This document shows positions 35,634 through 46,000 of a stretch of DNA of 64,000 bases, piece after piece. The DNA is taken from NCBI GenBank assembly GCA_963822555.1, contig CAWGHY010000002.1:2865743-2929742 (forward strand). The letters are read 5' to 3'. Position numbers and translations under genes: made by a program. The notes under the pieces were generated by a model. It saw only the letters and a program-made list of their open reading frames with translations. It was not told the DNA's origin and searched no databases. The stretch's first letter is position 1; every line of letters begins with the position of its first letter. The stretch is from Terriglobia bacterium (lineage in GTDB: Bacteria > Acidobacteriota > Terriglobia > Terriglobales > Acidobacteriaceae).

Positions 35634-36743
35634 CTAGTCGCGTCCAGCGCCTGCGGCTTTGCCGCCTTCGCCGGGTTCGTTGCCAAATACGTTCTTGCGC
35701 TCTGCCATAGCCTGGGCCTGCAAGGTGTTGGCCAGAACATCCAAACCGACTACTCGCACCGCAAAGCCGCGCTCGATGGCTGCTTTGGGCATGCCGTAAA
35801 CCACGCAAGACTCTTCACTCTGTGCGATGGTCATCCCCCCCGCCGCCTTGACCGCGCCCATGCCGGACGCGCCATCGTCGCCCATTCCAGTCATCAGGAC
35901 GGCAACGCCTTTGGGCCCGAACTCGTCGGCCAGGCTCTTGAACAGCACATCGGCCGAAGGGCGATGCCCATTGACTCGCGGCTCATCGCTCAACACCGCG
36001 ACGTCTCCCAAGGGGAGGCGCTTTACTTTCATGTGCCGGCTACCGGGGCAGATGAGCACGCGTCCCGCCAGAAGCACATCTCCGGACTGCGCCTCCTTGA
36101 CGCCGACCGCGCAGATGTCGTCCAGACGGCGGGCAAACATTTCCGTAAAACCCTCCGGCATGTGTTGCACCACCACGATGGCGGCGGGAAAGTCCGCGGG
36201 CAATTGCGAAAATAAATACTGCAGCGCCTGCGGGCCTCCGGTAGAAACACCGATCGCGATTACTTTGGTCGGAGTTTTCTTGGCGTCGAGTGGCGCTTTC
36301 TTTCCCGCGTGCGGAGTTACACCCACAGGCCGGATGGTTACGCCGCGGCTCTGGGCGGCCGCTTTGATCTTGCCAATCAACTCGGTTGCGATCTGCGGCA
36401 TGCGAGCGGAGACGTCATTAGGCTTGGCTACGAAATCAAACGCTCCCAGCGACAATGCCTGCAGCGTAATGGACGCGCCTTCAGTGCTGTGCGAACTGAC
36501 CACGATGACCGGCAGGCGATGCCGGCGCATGATTTCCTTGAGCATATCGATGCCGCCCATCCCCGGCATCTCCAGATCCAGCGTGACCACCTGCGGTTTC
36601 AGGTCTTCAATTTTTCTCAGGCCGAAATTTCCGTCCATCGCGGTGCCCACGACTTCAATGGAACTGTCGGTCTGAAGGATCTGTGGAATCAGCTTCCGCA
36701 TGAGCGCGGAATCGTCCACTACGAGCACACGCACCGGACTCAT
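35634..36743 (-). CDS. cheB: Protein-glutamate methylesterase/glutaminase
   Basis: Receiver domain (VLVVDDSALMRKL, VVTLDLEMPGMGG) plus methylesterase domain (IGVSTGGPQAL, VVVQHMPEGFT, GMGDDGA). Confidence 0.92.
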   Translation of the reverse strand: MSPVRVLVVDDSALMRKLIPQILQTDSSIEVVGTAMDGNFGLRKIEDLKPQVVTLDLEMPGMGGIDMLKEIMRRHRLPVIVVSSHSTEGASITLQALSLGAFDFVAKPNDVSARMPQIATELIGKIKAAAQSRGVTIRPVGVTPHAGKKAPLDAKKTPTKVIAIGVSTGGPQALQYLFSQLPADFPAAIVVVQHMPEGFTEMFARRLDDICAVGVKEAQSGDVLLAGRVLICPGSRHMKVKRLPLGDVAVLSDEPRVNGHRPSADVLFKSLADEFGPKGVAVLMTGMGDDGASGMGAVKAAGGMTIAQSEESCVVYGMPKAAIERGFAVRVVGLDVLANTLQAQAMAERKNVFGNEPGEGGKAAGAGRD

Positions 36744-38878
36744 ACGCTCGCCTCCGCAGCAGCTGCGCGCAGGGTCTTGCGGTCGGCATGGGAGAGCAGG
36801 ATTCCGGAAACGACGCCTTCTTCTTCCGGCCGCAGTTTGCTGTGACGATCCACAATCGCTGGAAGGTTGACGATAAGCACGACCCGGCCATCGCCCAGGA
36901 TGGAAGCTCCACTGATCAAGTCCGTCGCCACCGTCTGGTCATCGAGCGCCTTGATCACCAGTTCTTCCTCACCCTCGAGCCGGTCCACGATCATTCCGAG
37001 CTTGCGTTCGCCCATCGAAATCACCAGCACAAAGATTTTTCCGGAGCCAGACCTATCGTCAACCCCCGGGGCGGACCCCAAACGAACCAGAGGCAGAACC
37101 CGATCGCGCAATTGCAAGACCTCGTAGTTCTGCACCTGGTGCACGTCGCATTCCCGGGCGCGGGCGATTTCTGCAACCGCATTCAAGGGAACGGCGTACA
37201 GTCGCTGCTCCACCCGGAATAACAGCGCCTTGATAATCGCGAGCGTGAGTGGCAACTTGAGGCGGAAGGTCGTGCTCTGGCCCACGCGGGTTTCAACGTC
37301 AACCGAGCCCTTCAGGCGATGCAACACGGTCTGCACTACATCCAGGCCGACGCCTCGACCCGAGACCTCGGTGATCTCGGCGGCGGTGCTGAATCCGGGC
37401 CGGAACACCAGTCCGAGAATTTCAGTTTCTCCCAATCGCTCCGCCTCTTCCGAGGTAAGGAGACCCTTTTCGATGGCTTTGGCTTTGACTTTTTGAACAT
37501 CAATTCCCGCGCCATCGTCGGTGATTTCAACGATAACCTGATTGCCGTGATGATACGAAGTGAGTTGGATGGTTCCACGCGCCGGCTTCCCGTTTCGGAC
37601 TCGCTCCTCGGCGCTCTCAATGCCATGACTGACGGCGTTGCGGACGAGATGGGTCATCGGCTCGGCAATGACATCGAGCAGACTCTTGTCGAGATCGGTC
37701 TCCTGACCCTTCATCACCAGGGCCACTTCCTTGCCACACTGCTTGGCTACGTCCCGCACCATTCGGGGAAAGCGCCGGAACAACTGCTCGACCGGGACCA
37801 TGCGAATTTTCATGACTGAATGTTGCAGCTCACTAAGCACCCGCGACTGAAATGCCATGGCATCGCTGAAGCGGCCGCGCAAGGCCTCCTTCGGAACGTG
37901 ACGCGCGAATTCCGTGAATGCCTGTTGTAGCATCGAACGGCCGATAATCAATTCGCCGACCAGATTCAGTACGCTGTCAATGCGCTCGGCATCCACGCGC
38001 AGAATGTTTTCCGCGAGCACGGGATGGTTAGACTTGCCGGCCACCCCTTGCTCTTCTCCGGACTCCGGCAACGGCTGTGGAGCGGGCGCAGGCGATGGGC
38101 CTGCCTTCTCCTTGGGCTCCGCGGCTTGTACCAACTCGGTCACGACGCTTGAGATCACCGTTGGGATACGGCACGAAGTGGACAACTGGTCTGTCGACTT
38201 CTCGCTTGCCACTAATAACTCGAGTCGTTGCGTGCTGGCGGGCGATCCAGCTTCAGGCCGCGCCCCCAAGACTTCGGCGGAAGGCGCCAGCCCGTTCAGC
38301 ACCAGTTGCCGGGCCGCGATAGGCATGGCGCAGTGCGGATCGATGGCGATCGTGATGTGGTAGACGTTCTTGCCGCGGGACGCCGCATTCTGAATCGCGA
38401 GCTTCTCGTACTCCGTCCAGGCGGCAGGTGCGACAGCCGCTTTGGATGCCTTCTTCGAGCGCGTCTTCCCTGCTTCCTTGCCTTTGGCTTTAGGCTGCTG
38501 CGCAAGCTCGCGAATCATCTTCGCCAGCGGCGCCGACGAGGGCAGTTTCCCCTTTCGACGGTACGCAGCCAGCATAGCGCCGAAGGTGTCGGCAGCCGTG
38601 AAGGCGACCTCCGCCAGGCTGCCGTAGGAGGAAGCCGATTCGAGAGCAAGCGCGTCTTCGAGTTCATGGGCCGCGTTGCTCAGTTCGCGAAAGCCGCAAG
38701 CGGCAGCGTCGCCCTTGATGGTGTGCACGGCGCGGCGTATGCTGCGCACCAGCTCCCCATCTGCCGGATTTTTTTCGAGCTTCAGCGCGTCTTCGTTCAG
38801 TGACTGCAGCAATTCCTGCGCGGTCTCGAAGAAGAGTTCGCGCATTTCCGCGCCACGCTCATCGGAAAATTGGGTCAT
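36740..38878 (-). CDS. cheA: Chemotaxis histidine kinase
   Basis: HPt box VHTIKGDAAACGF, HATPase region (LVRNAVSHGIE, DDGAGID, GRGVGLDVV) and a C-terminal CheW-like domain. Overlaps cheR and cheB by 4 nt each. Confidence 0.92.
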   Translation of the reverse strand: MTQFSDERGAEMRELFFETAQELLQSLNEDALKLEKNPADGELVRSIRRAVHTIKGDAAACGFRELSNAAHELEDALALESASSYGSLAEVAFTAADTFGAMLAAYRRKGKLPSSAPLAKMIRELAQQPKAKGKEAGKTRSKKASKAAVAPAAWTEYEKLAIQNAASRGKNVYHITIAIDPHCAMPIAARQLVLNGLAPSAEVLGARPEAGSPASTQRLELLVASEKSTDQLSTSCRIPTVISSVVTELVQAAEPKEKAGPSPAPAPQPLPESGEEQGVAGKSNHPVLAENILRVDAERIDSVLNLVGELIIGRSMLQQAFTEFARHVPKEALRGRFSDAMAFQSRVLSELQHSVMKIRMVPVEQLFRRFPRMVRDVAKQCGKEVALVMKGQETDLDKSLLDVIAEPMTHLVRNAVSHGIESAEERVRNGKPARGTIQLTSYHHGNQVIVEITDDGAGIDVQKVKAKAIEKGLLTSEEAERLGETEILGLVFRPGFSTAAEITEVSGRGVGLDVVQTVLHRLKGSVDVETRVGQSTTFRLKLPLTLAIIKALLFRVEQRLYAVPLNAVAEIARARECDVHQVQNYEVLQLRDRVLPLVRLGSAPGVDDRSGSGKIFVLVISMGERKLGMIVDRLEGEEELVIKALDDQTVATDLISGASILGDGRVVLIVNLPAIVDRHSKLRPEEEGVVSGILLSHADRKTLRAAAAEASV

Positions 38879-39780
38879 GCCGTCACCTCTACCTTCTGAT
38901 AGGCAGTCCCGCTATTGCGATGGACCATGGCGAACTTGTCGGTCAGAGCCAACAGGCTCTCGGCGTGGCCGACGAACAAGTAACCCTGCAGGTTGAGGCA
39001 GCGCGCGAACTTTTCCAGCAGTCGTTTCTGTTCAGGCTCGTCGAAATACATCATCACGTTGCGGCAGAAGATCACATCATTGCGCTGCGGCAGGTACTCG
39101 GTCTTTAAATTGTGGAAGTCGAAGTGGACGACTTCCTTCAGCGCCTTCTTGACCGCATAACGCTCACCGACTTTGTCGAAGTAGCGCAGGCGGTAGCTGT
39201 AATCCACCGTCGCCATCTGAGTTTCTGAGTAGATGCCTTCCTGGCCTGCCCGAAGAACGGAGTAGTTGATGTCGCTGGCGATGATCTCGACCTTCCAGGG
39301 TGGTGGAATCAGCGGCTTGGGCGAAGGCACGACTGCAGATTGCGGATTGCGCAGATAGTAGTAAGCCAGGCTGTCCGCGATCAACATGGCCAGCGTGTAA
39401 GGCTCCTGACCGGTGGAACAACCGGCACTCCAGATGCGCAAGGAGTAGTCTTTCTGCGCCTGCTTGCGGCGAATCAGGTCGTCGAGAATGTGCTTGTGAA
39501 ATAAATCCAGTTGGGCCTTGTTACGGAAGAAGCTGGTCTCGTTGACCGTAAGATTTTCCAGCAGCCGGGCCAGTTCGCTCTTGCCTTCCTTGCTGATCAG
39601 CAGGCGGTAGTAGCTATAGAAAGAATCGAGCTGACATTCCTTCAAACGGCGCTGCAGGCGGTCCTGAAGAAAATGGGTGCGCCGCTCGTCGAAGTGCATG
39701 CCGCACTCCTGGTAGACGAGCACCTGCAGAAGCTTCAGTTCAGCCTCGGAGAACTGCGCCGGTGTGCTCGAAGTACCCAT
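38875..39780 (-). CDS. cheR: Chemotaxis protein methyltransferase
   Basis: ETSFFRN, IWSAGCSTGQEPYTLAM and IFCRNVMMYF are classical CheR SAM-binding motifs. Confidence 0.92.
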   Translation of the reverse strand: MGTSSTPAQFSEAELKLLQVLVYQECGMHFDERRTHFLQDRLQRRLKECQLDSFYSYYRLLISKEGKSELARLLENLTVNETSFFRNKAQLDLFHKHILDDLIRRKQAQKDYSLRIWSAGCSTGQEPYTLAMLIADSLAYYYLRNPQSAVVPSPKPLIPPPWKVEIIASDINYSVLRAGQEGIYSETQMATVDYSYRLRYFDKVGERYAVKKALKEVVHFDFHNLKTEYLPQRNDVIFCRNVMMYFDEPEQKRLLEKFARCLNLQGYLFVGHAESLLALTDKFAMVHRNSGTAYQKVEVTA

Positions 39781-39813
39781 GAGTTCCAGTTCGTTACTCT
39801 GTGCCAGGTTCGG

Positions 39814-40305
39814 CTACCGTGCAGCCGCCGTGCCGCGTGCTTCACGGTTTGCGATCTCTGCCGGATCTTTTTTGGCTCCGCCGCCCTCCAGTAGTTTGGC
39901 CATGTCCAGCAGAACAATCAGGCGCCCGCGATATTTGCCCAGGCCAGTCACGCAGTTGAGTCCGCCCTCCTGCAAGGTCGCTGGAGAAGGTTCGATTTCG
40001 GCCGCCGGAATCTTGATGACCTCCGAAGCCGAATCAACAATCAATCCGCAGAGCCGTCCGCCCTGTTCCACCACCAGAATGCGGTTACGGCGGTTCAGCG
40101 GCGTCTTGGGTTCGCCGAAGCGCTTGCGCAGATCGATGACCGAAACAATCTTGCCCCGGAGATTGATCACGCCTTCCATGTATTCGGGAGCGTCAGGCAC
40201 AGCCGTGATCTCGGGCACACGCACGATCTCGTGCAGCGATGTAATGGGAACGCCGTAGGTTTCGCGCCCCACCTGGAATCCGACGATCTGCAGTTCAGGG
40301 TTCAT
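39814..40305 (-). CDS. cheW: Chemotaxis coupling protein
   Basis: 163-aa ORF. LQIVGFQVGRETYGVPITSLHEIVRVPEITAVPDAPEYMEGVINLRG is the CheW-domain pattern. Confidence 0.9.
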   Translation of the reverse strand: MNPELQIVGFQVGRETYGVPITSLHEIVRVPEITAVPDAPEYMEGVINLRGKIVSVIDLRKRFGEPKTPLNRRNRILVVEQGGRLCGLIVDSASEVIKIPAAEIEPSPATLQEGGLNCVTGLGKYRGRLIVLLDMAKLLEGGGAKKDPAEIANREARGTAAAR

Positions 40306-40320
40306 GCTTGTACTCTGACT

Positions 40321-42309
40321 TCAGGCTCGAGTGCCGGCAGCGGCACGCCGTGCGCCGGCAACCGTCGCTTTTTCTTCGTAGCGCGAGGGCACCCGTTCGG
40401 TCTGTTCAAGAGCAAAGCGGTGCATGGCATCGAGCAGCTCGCGGGACATCTTCGACATTTGCTCGGCCGAGGCCGCCAGTTCGGTGGAACCGGAAGTCGT
40501 CTGCTGCACCAGTTCACGCATGCGCTCCATGGCCTTGACCACCGCCTGGGCGCCGGAAGCCTGCTCCTCGACCGCGGAGTTGATCTCGTGCGTGATTTCG
40601 TTCAGGCGAGTCGTAGCGCGCGCGATCTGCGAAGAGCCGTGCGACTGCTCGTTGGTGGCGGCGCCGATTTCCTGGGCAAACTTGTAGACCTCGGTCACCA
40701 CATTCGAGATCTTGCGCAGGGCGGCGTTGAGTTCCTGTCCCAGGCCGAGACCGTCGTTCACGATGCCGGTGCTGCGCTCCATGTTCTCCACCGCTTTGCG
40801 CGCTTCCTTCTGGATACTCTGGATCAGTTCGGAGATTTCCTTGGTGGACTGGGCCGATTTTTCCGCCAGCTTGCGGACTTCGTCGGCGACCACGGCGAAT
40901 CCCAGGCCATGTTCGCCGGCGCGGGCGGCTTCGATGGCCGCGTTCAGCGCCAGCAGGTTGGTCTGCTCCGCCAGATCGTCGATGACTTCGATGATCTTGC
41001 CGATGTCATCGGCTCGCTGCCCCAGCACATCGATGATCTCGCCGGAAGAACGAATCGTGATGTTGATCTTGTTCAGTCCATCGGTAGCTTTTTCCATCGT
41101 GTTGATGCCGCTGTGCACTTCTTCGCGCGAGCGGTTTGAAATATCGAGCAGCACTTTGGCGGTATCGGCCACGCGTTGGATGGAAGCCACCATTTGGTCG
41201 ATGGAAGCCGAGGTCTCACTCACGCTTGAGGCTTGCGTCTGGGTGTTCTTCACCATGTTCTGCACGTTGACGCTCATCTCGTGCATGGTGCTGGTCACTT
41301 CGTCGATGGCGGAAGCGGTTTGCAGACTTACTTTGGCCGAGTCGTCGGAGGCGCCGGCCACCTGGCTGGAAGCGCTGGCCACTTGGGAGGCCGCATCGCG
41401 CACGTTGCGCACCAGGTTTCTGAGGCCGTCCACCATGCGCACAAAGGCGTTGCCCAGGGTGTCATCCTTGGATCGAGGCTTGACATCCACGGAAAGGTTG
41501 CCGCCTGCAATGGCTTCGGAGACCGATGCCATCTCCCTCAGGTAGCCGACCATGCTGTTGAAGGTTCGACTCAGTTCCCCAATTTCGTCCTCACGCTTGA
41601 TATCGATCTCGTGGTCCAGATCGCCGGCCGTGCCGATCTGCTTGGTGACTTTGATCAAGTCGCCCAGTGGTTCGGTAATCGACTTGGCAGTACGGAGAGC
41701 AATCACGGTGCCCAGAACCAGGGCCGCCAGCGTTCCCAGGAGCGCGATTCCGATGGTCCAGTTGCTTGCCGAATCGTCACTCAGGCGCCGTTCTTCCAGG
41801 ACACGCTTGCTTTCCTGATCCGCCAAGTCGAGGTATTCGGTCGAACTCTTCACCCAGGAGCCGGCATCTTTCTGCAAGTAGAAGATCTGCAGTTCAGCCA
41901 CGGTAGAGTTTCCCTGGTCGACTTCTTTTCTCTTCTGCATCAGCGGTTCGGCGAAGTCCCGGGCCCAGTTCTGTTCCGTCTGCTGCACCTTAGCCAGCGC
42001 GGTTCGTTGTTGCTCGGAGCTGGCGATGGTGATGGTGTTCTGCATCCGATCCACCAGGGTGTGAACGCCATCGTTAACATGGTCGGCCTCGCGGCTATCT
42101 CCACTCAGCAGATAGTTGGTCAGATAGAGGCGGTTCTGCATCATCTGAAATCGGATCTTGTCGGTGGCATCGGCGAGTTGCAGGGCCTGCGAGGCGGCGG
42201 CCTTGGCGCTGTGCTCGCGGTACACGGCCGCCAGGTTTACGGCAAACAGCACCACGACCATGACGAGCACCGCTCCGAAGCTGACATAAAGTTTTCTGCC
42301 GATCGTCAT
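40321..42309 (-). CDS. Methyl-accepting chemotaxis protein (periplasmic helical sensor, HAMP, MA domain)
   Basis: Two TM segments flank a helical sensor of about 170 aa. The highly conserved signalling hairpin EQTNLLALNAAIEAARAGEHGLGFAVVADEVRKLAE is present. Confidence 0.92.
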   Translation of the reverse strand: MTIGRKLYVSFGAVLVMVVVLFAVNLAAVYREHSAKAAASQALQLADATDKIRFQMMQNRLYLTNYLLSGDSREADHVNDGVHTLVDRMQNTITIASSEQQRTALAKVQQTEQNWARDFAEPLMQKRKEVDQGNSTVAELQIFYLQKDAGSWVKSSTEYLDLADQESKRVLEERRLSDDSASNWTIGIALLGTLAALVLGTVIALRTAKSITEPLGDLIKVTKQIGTAGDLDHEIDIKREDEIGELSRTFNSMVGYLREMASVSEAIAGGNLSVDVKPRSKDDTLGNAFVRMVDGLRNLVRNVRDAASQVASASSQVAGASDDSAKVSLQTASAIDEVTSTMHEMSVNVQNMVKNTQTQASSVSETSASIDQMVASIQRVADTAKVLLDISNRSREEVHSGINTMEKATDGLNKINITIRSSGEIIDVLGQRADDIGKIIEVIDDLAEQTNLLALNAAIEAARAGEHGLGFAVVADEVRKLAEKSAQSTKEISELIQSIQKEARKAVENMERSTGIVNDGLGLGQELNAALRKISNVVTEVYKFAQEIGAATNEQSHGSSQIARATTRLNEITHEINSAVEEQASGAQAVVKAMERMRELVQQTTSGSTELAASAEQMSKMSRELLDAMHRFALEQTERVPSRYEEKATVAGARRAAAGTRA

Positions 42310-42369
42310 GCTATTTCCTCCGCTCTCTTCCGCCGCGCCTTCGACGCGGGCGACCTCTCCGCTCTAGAA

Positions 42370-42837
42370 CTAGTGCTGCGGCTGAAACCTGAACTCGACA
42401 ATTCCGCTACTCTCGGTCGGACCTGGCTCGAACCTCCACCGCCTGACCGCGTCGGTGGCTGCGTTCACTAAAAGAGGATGGCCGCCAACCGGCTTCGAAC
42501 TCTTTACCGTCCCATTCGGCGCCACGACGATGGCCAGCCGCACGGTGCCGACGATACTCATACGACGTGCCACGTCCGGATAAACCGGCTCGATTCTGAC
42601 TTTGGCCTTGCGCAGAATCTCTTCCGACTTCTCTGGCTGCGGTTGCGCCGCCTGCCGGGCGCAAAGCAACCCGGCTCCTACCGTGGCCAGGCAAATCGCG
42701 AAAACGACAGCGACGACCCGCCGCCGGATCCCTAGTAAACCCACTGGTCCATTCTCCTTGGGCAAAGGGAAGATTCCCCGTGCACCCAAGTGCAATGCCG
42801 ATGCCAGCCCGCCGAGAAATCTTCCCAAAGGAAACAT
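42370..42837 (-). CDS. Membrane-anchored TonB C-terminal-domain protein
   Basis: TM helix VVAVVFAICLATVGAGLL, then EPVYPDVARRMSIVGTVRLAIVVAPNGTVKSSKPVGGHPLLVNAATDAVRRWRFEP (TonB_C fold pattern). Start codon uncertain. Confidence 0.65.
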   Translation of the reverse strand: MFPLGRFLGGLASALHLGARGIFPLPKENGPVGLLGIRRRVVAVVFAICLATVGAGLLCARQAAQPQPEKSEEILRKAKVRIEPVYPDVARRMSIVGTVRLAIVVAPNGTVKSSKPVGGHPLLVNAATDAVRRWRFEPGPTESSGIVEFRFQPQH

Positions 42838-43074
42838 CCGTAGATAAACTATTTATTTTCATATATATAAGCGCTGTTACCCGGCTGCTGTGATGGACCC
42901 TTCAAAGGTGAGAATTGTCTCATCACTCGCCTGTCATCTCAGTGTGAGACAGGCCGGTTCTTGATAGCATGCGGATTGTCACCATCTCGGCACCCGACCC
43001 GCTAATTCCCTTGACTCAAATTGAGAATGCAGACTAATTTGCTGTATATCAACTACTTGTAAGGTAAAGGTTGG

Positions 43075-46000
43075 GTGGACGGAGACCCTTTGACCATCTC
43101 GGCCGAAGATGCGGCGGCACGACGCGGCAATGGGCGCACGGACGACGCATTTCAACGTCTCCTGCTCAAATTCTCCGACGCCGCCGCACAAGGTACGCCT
43201 GCCCAAGCCCTGATCCGGCTGTTCTGCCAGGCGACTCGCGAGTTCTTTCAAGTGGACGGAACTTATTTCTGGCAACGCGTGTCCGCGGACGAGCTCCTGG
43301 GGGCCGAGGCGGATGGTGTGATGGCGGACCGATTTCCGGGCACGCGAGTGCAGGCCAGTCAGAGTTCCGTTGCCATCGCCGCCGACGCCATTCGACAGCA
43401 GAAAACCGTCTACGAAAATCAGCTCGACCCCGCCCGCTATCTTATGGCCGCCGAGTACCGCGCCCGCTCGATCATGGCCGCGCCCCTGGTGGTAAGCCAC
43501 GAAGCGATGGGCGCGGCCGTTTTTCTGCATTGTTCCGATCCCAATTTTTTCAATCCGGACCTGGCCGCCAAAGCGACCATTCTGGCCGGACAACTGGGAA
43601 GCCTGCTCGAAGCCAGTCGCCTGACCCAGGTTTCGCGCGAAGAACACCGGCGCACCAAGATCCTGGCTGAGGTGGCGCAGGCGATCCATTCCGCGCCGCA
43701 ATCTTCGGCCGTGGTCGAAGCCGTGGCCGACCGGCTTCGCGTGCTGTTGCGCACCCGTCTGGTCTGCATGATGCTGCGGGAGGGATCCGGCTTCAGCTTA
43801 CGAGCGGTGGCCGCCGAGTCTTCACAGTTGGCGGCTTCGGTCCGGGCCCGGCATGACCGCCGAGGATTGCAGTTTGCCGCAGACCTGGCCAGCCGCGCGG
43901 TGGCGGCGGGCGAACCCATCAGCGTGGCGATTGATCCCGCCACCCATGCTCTGGGTGAGTTGGTTCCTCCTGGCATGTTGATCGCCGCGCCCTTTCGTAC
44001 TTCCCTGACTCAGGGAGCGGTTCTGATCTACCCGCGGCAGGAAGGTGTCTTCAGCGCGGAAGAGAAGTCGCTTATCTCCGTGGTCACCGGCTTTGCGGCG
44101 GTCGCCATTGCCAACGCGGAGCTTTACAACACGGCGCGGGCACGGGCTTATGAACTGCACCAATTGCTGGATATCTCAGCCGAACTCGGCTCCATCGGCC
44201 AGTTGGATGAGTTCCTGCAACAGTTTGCCCTGCGGGCGGCAGATTTTCTCGGTTTCGGACGCGGCTTCATCGGACTGCTCGAAAATGATTCTTTCCACGT
44301 CCGTTGGGCGGCCGAGCATGGCCAGAAAAAGCAGGTCGATTTCGTGCTTCCTCCCGGACCCGCCAGCCGTGCTCTTTTCAACAAGGAAGTCTTCTGGTCG
44401 GACGATCCCAGCAAGGTTCCCGGCGCCAACCTGGAAATACTGAGCACCTTCGACGTACAGCAGCTGCTCACCGTCCCACTTCTGGATACTGACGGCGAGG
44501 TCCTGGGAATGTTCGGCGTGCTGGACCGAATCGACAAGGCCGGAATATCGCCGGAGGAAGTTCGTCGGGCCCGAGCTTTGGCAGCGCAGGTTGCAGTCGC
44601 GCTCGAGGTAACGCGCAATCTCCATCAATCGGAACAGCACCGCCGCCGGGCCGAGTCGCTGATGGGACTGGCGCTTGAACTCAATGGTCACTTGAGGCTT
44701 CCCGACTTTGCCCGGAGCTTCGTGGGTCGCGCCGCGAACATCATGGGCGCGCATCAAGCGGCGCTGGTGGTGAAACAAGAGACCGGCATGGAAACCCTGG
44801 TCATTCGAGACGCCAACGGCAGCGAGTTTCAGGAGCGTTCGTTGTTGCGTCGCTTCAGCTATGCCATCGAGGAAGCGCTGACCCGGCACGAAGGCGCGAT
44901 TATCTCGTGCGGCACGACCGAATTATTTGGTCCCGCGCTGGTCTCGGAGTTAGGTGAAAGCCACGGCACCCTCGTGCGCTTGCTGGGCGCCTCGGGAGAT
45001 TTGGTGGGCGTGCTCTTCCTGGGAGACCGCGAACAGCGTCTGGCTGAAGAAGACAACCAGATTCTGCAGGCCATCGCCGGGCACGCCGCGGTGGCGCTGG
45101 AGAATGCCCGCCTCTTTACCCGTATGGATCAGGCCAACCGGCACTGGGTCGAGATATTCGACGCGATCAGCGATTTCATCGTGGCGCATGACGAGGCTGG
45201 CAACGTCTTGCGGGTCAATCGCTCACTGGCTGAGTTCATCGGAGTACAGCCACAGGCACTCATTGGGGTCAACATGTCAGCCCTGCTGGCCATGGGCGAC
45301 GGACCACCACCCCGGTCTTGCCCCTTCTGCCGCAGCATCACGGAAGGCGACGACGAATATGTCCATCCCGTGCTGGAACGCACCTACCTGGTTTCGACGT
45401 CCCGGGTCCACGGCGCCAGCAGCGAGGGCATGCAGACCATTCATGTGCTGAAAGACATCAGCGACCGCCTTGAAGTGGAGCAGCGTTACCGGGAACTGTT
45501 CGACAACATTCAGGAGGGGCTTTTCTTCTCCACGCCGGACGGCCGCTTCATCGAAGTCAACGACGCGCTGGTTCGCATGCTGGGATATGCCAGCCGCGAA
45601 GACTTGCTGCAGGTCGATGTCCGCAACCAGGTTTATTTCTCGTCCGAAGGCCATCAGGAACTGGCGCGAGAGATGGAAGAGCATGGCGTGGTGCGGAACC
45701 ACGAAGAGACGCTTCGCCGCCGCGATGGATCCGTGGTCTACGTGCTCATCAATGCCTTCGCGGTGCGCGACACGCAAGGGCGGGTAACGCAGTTCCGCGG
45801 CCTGATGCTCGATATCAGCGGCCTGAAGAATTTCCAGGCGGAGCTGCAGCGTGAGCGCGACTTCTCCGGAAAAATTCTGAACAACACGCAAAGCTTGATC
45901 CTGGTGGCGGATACGGCGGGCCTCATCAGTTACGCCAACCGGCGCTGGCACGACATGGGATACGAACAGAAGCAGTTGCTGGGACGTCCACTGGAAGAAC

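Noticed and set aside
40231-42471. Two long plus-strand ORFs (302 aa and 412 aa) opposite the MCP gene
   Set aside because: Mirror frames of the highly repetitive helical MCP coding sequence. The MCP signalling hairpin on the minus strand is diagnostic.
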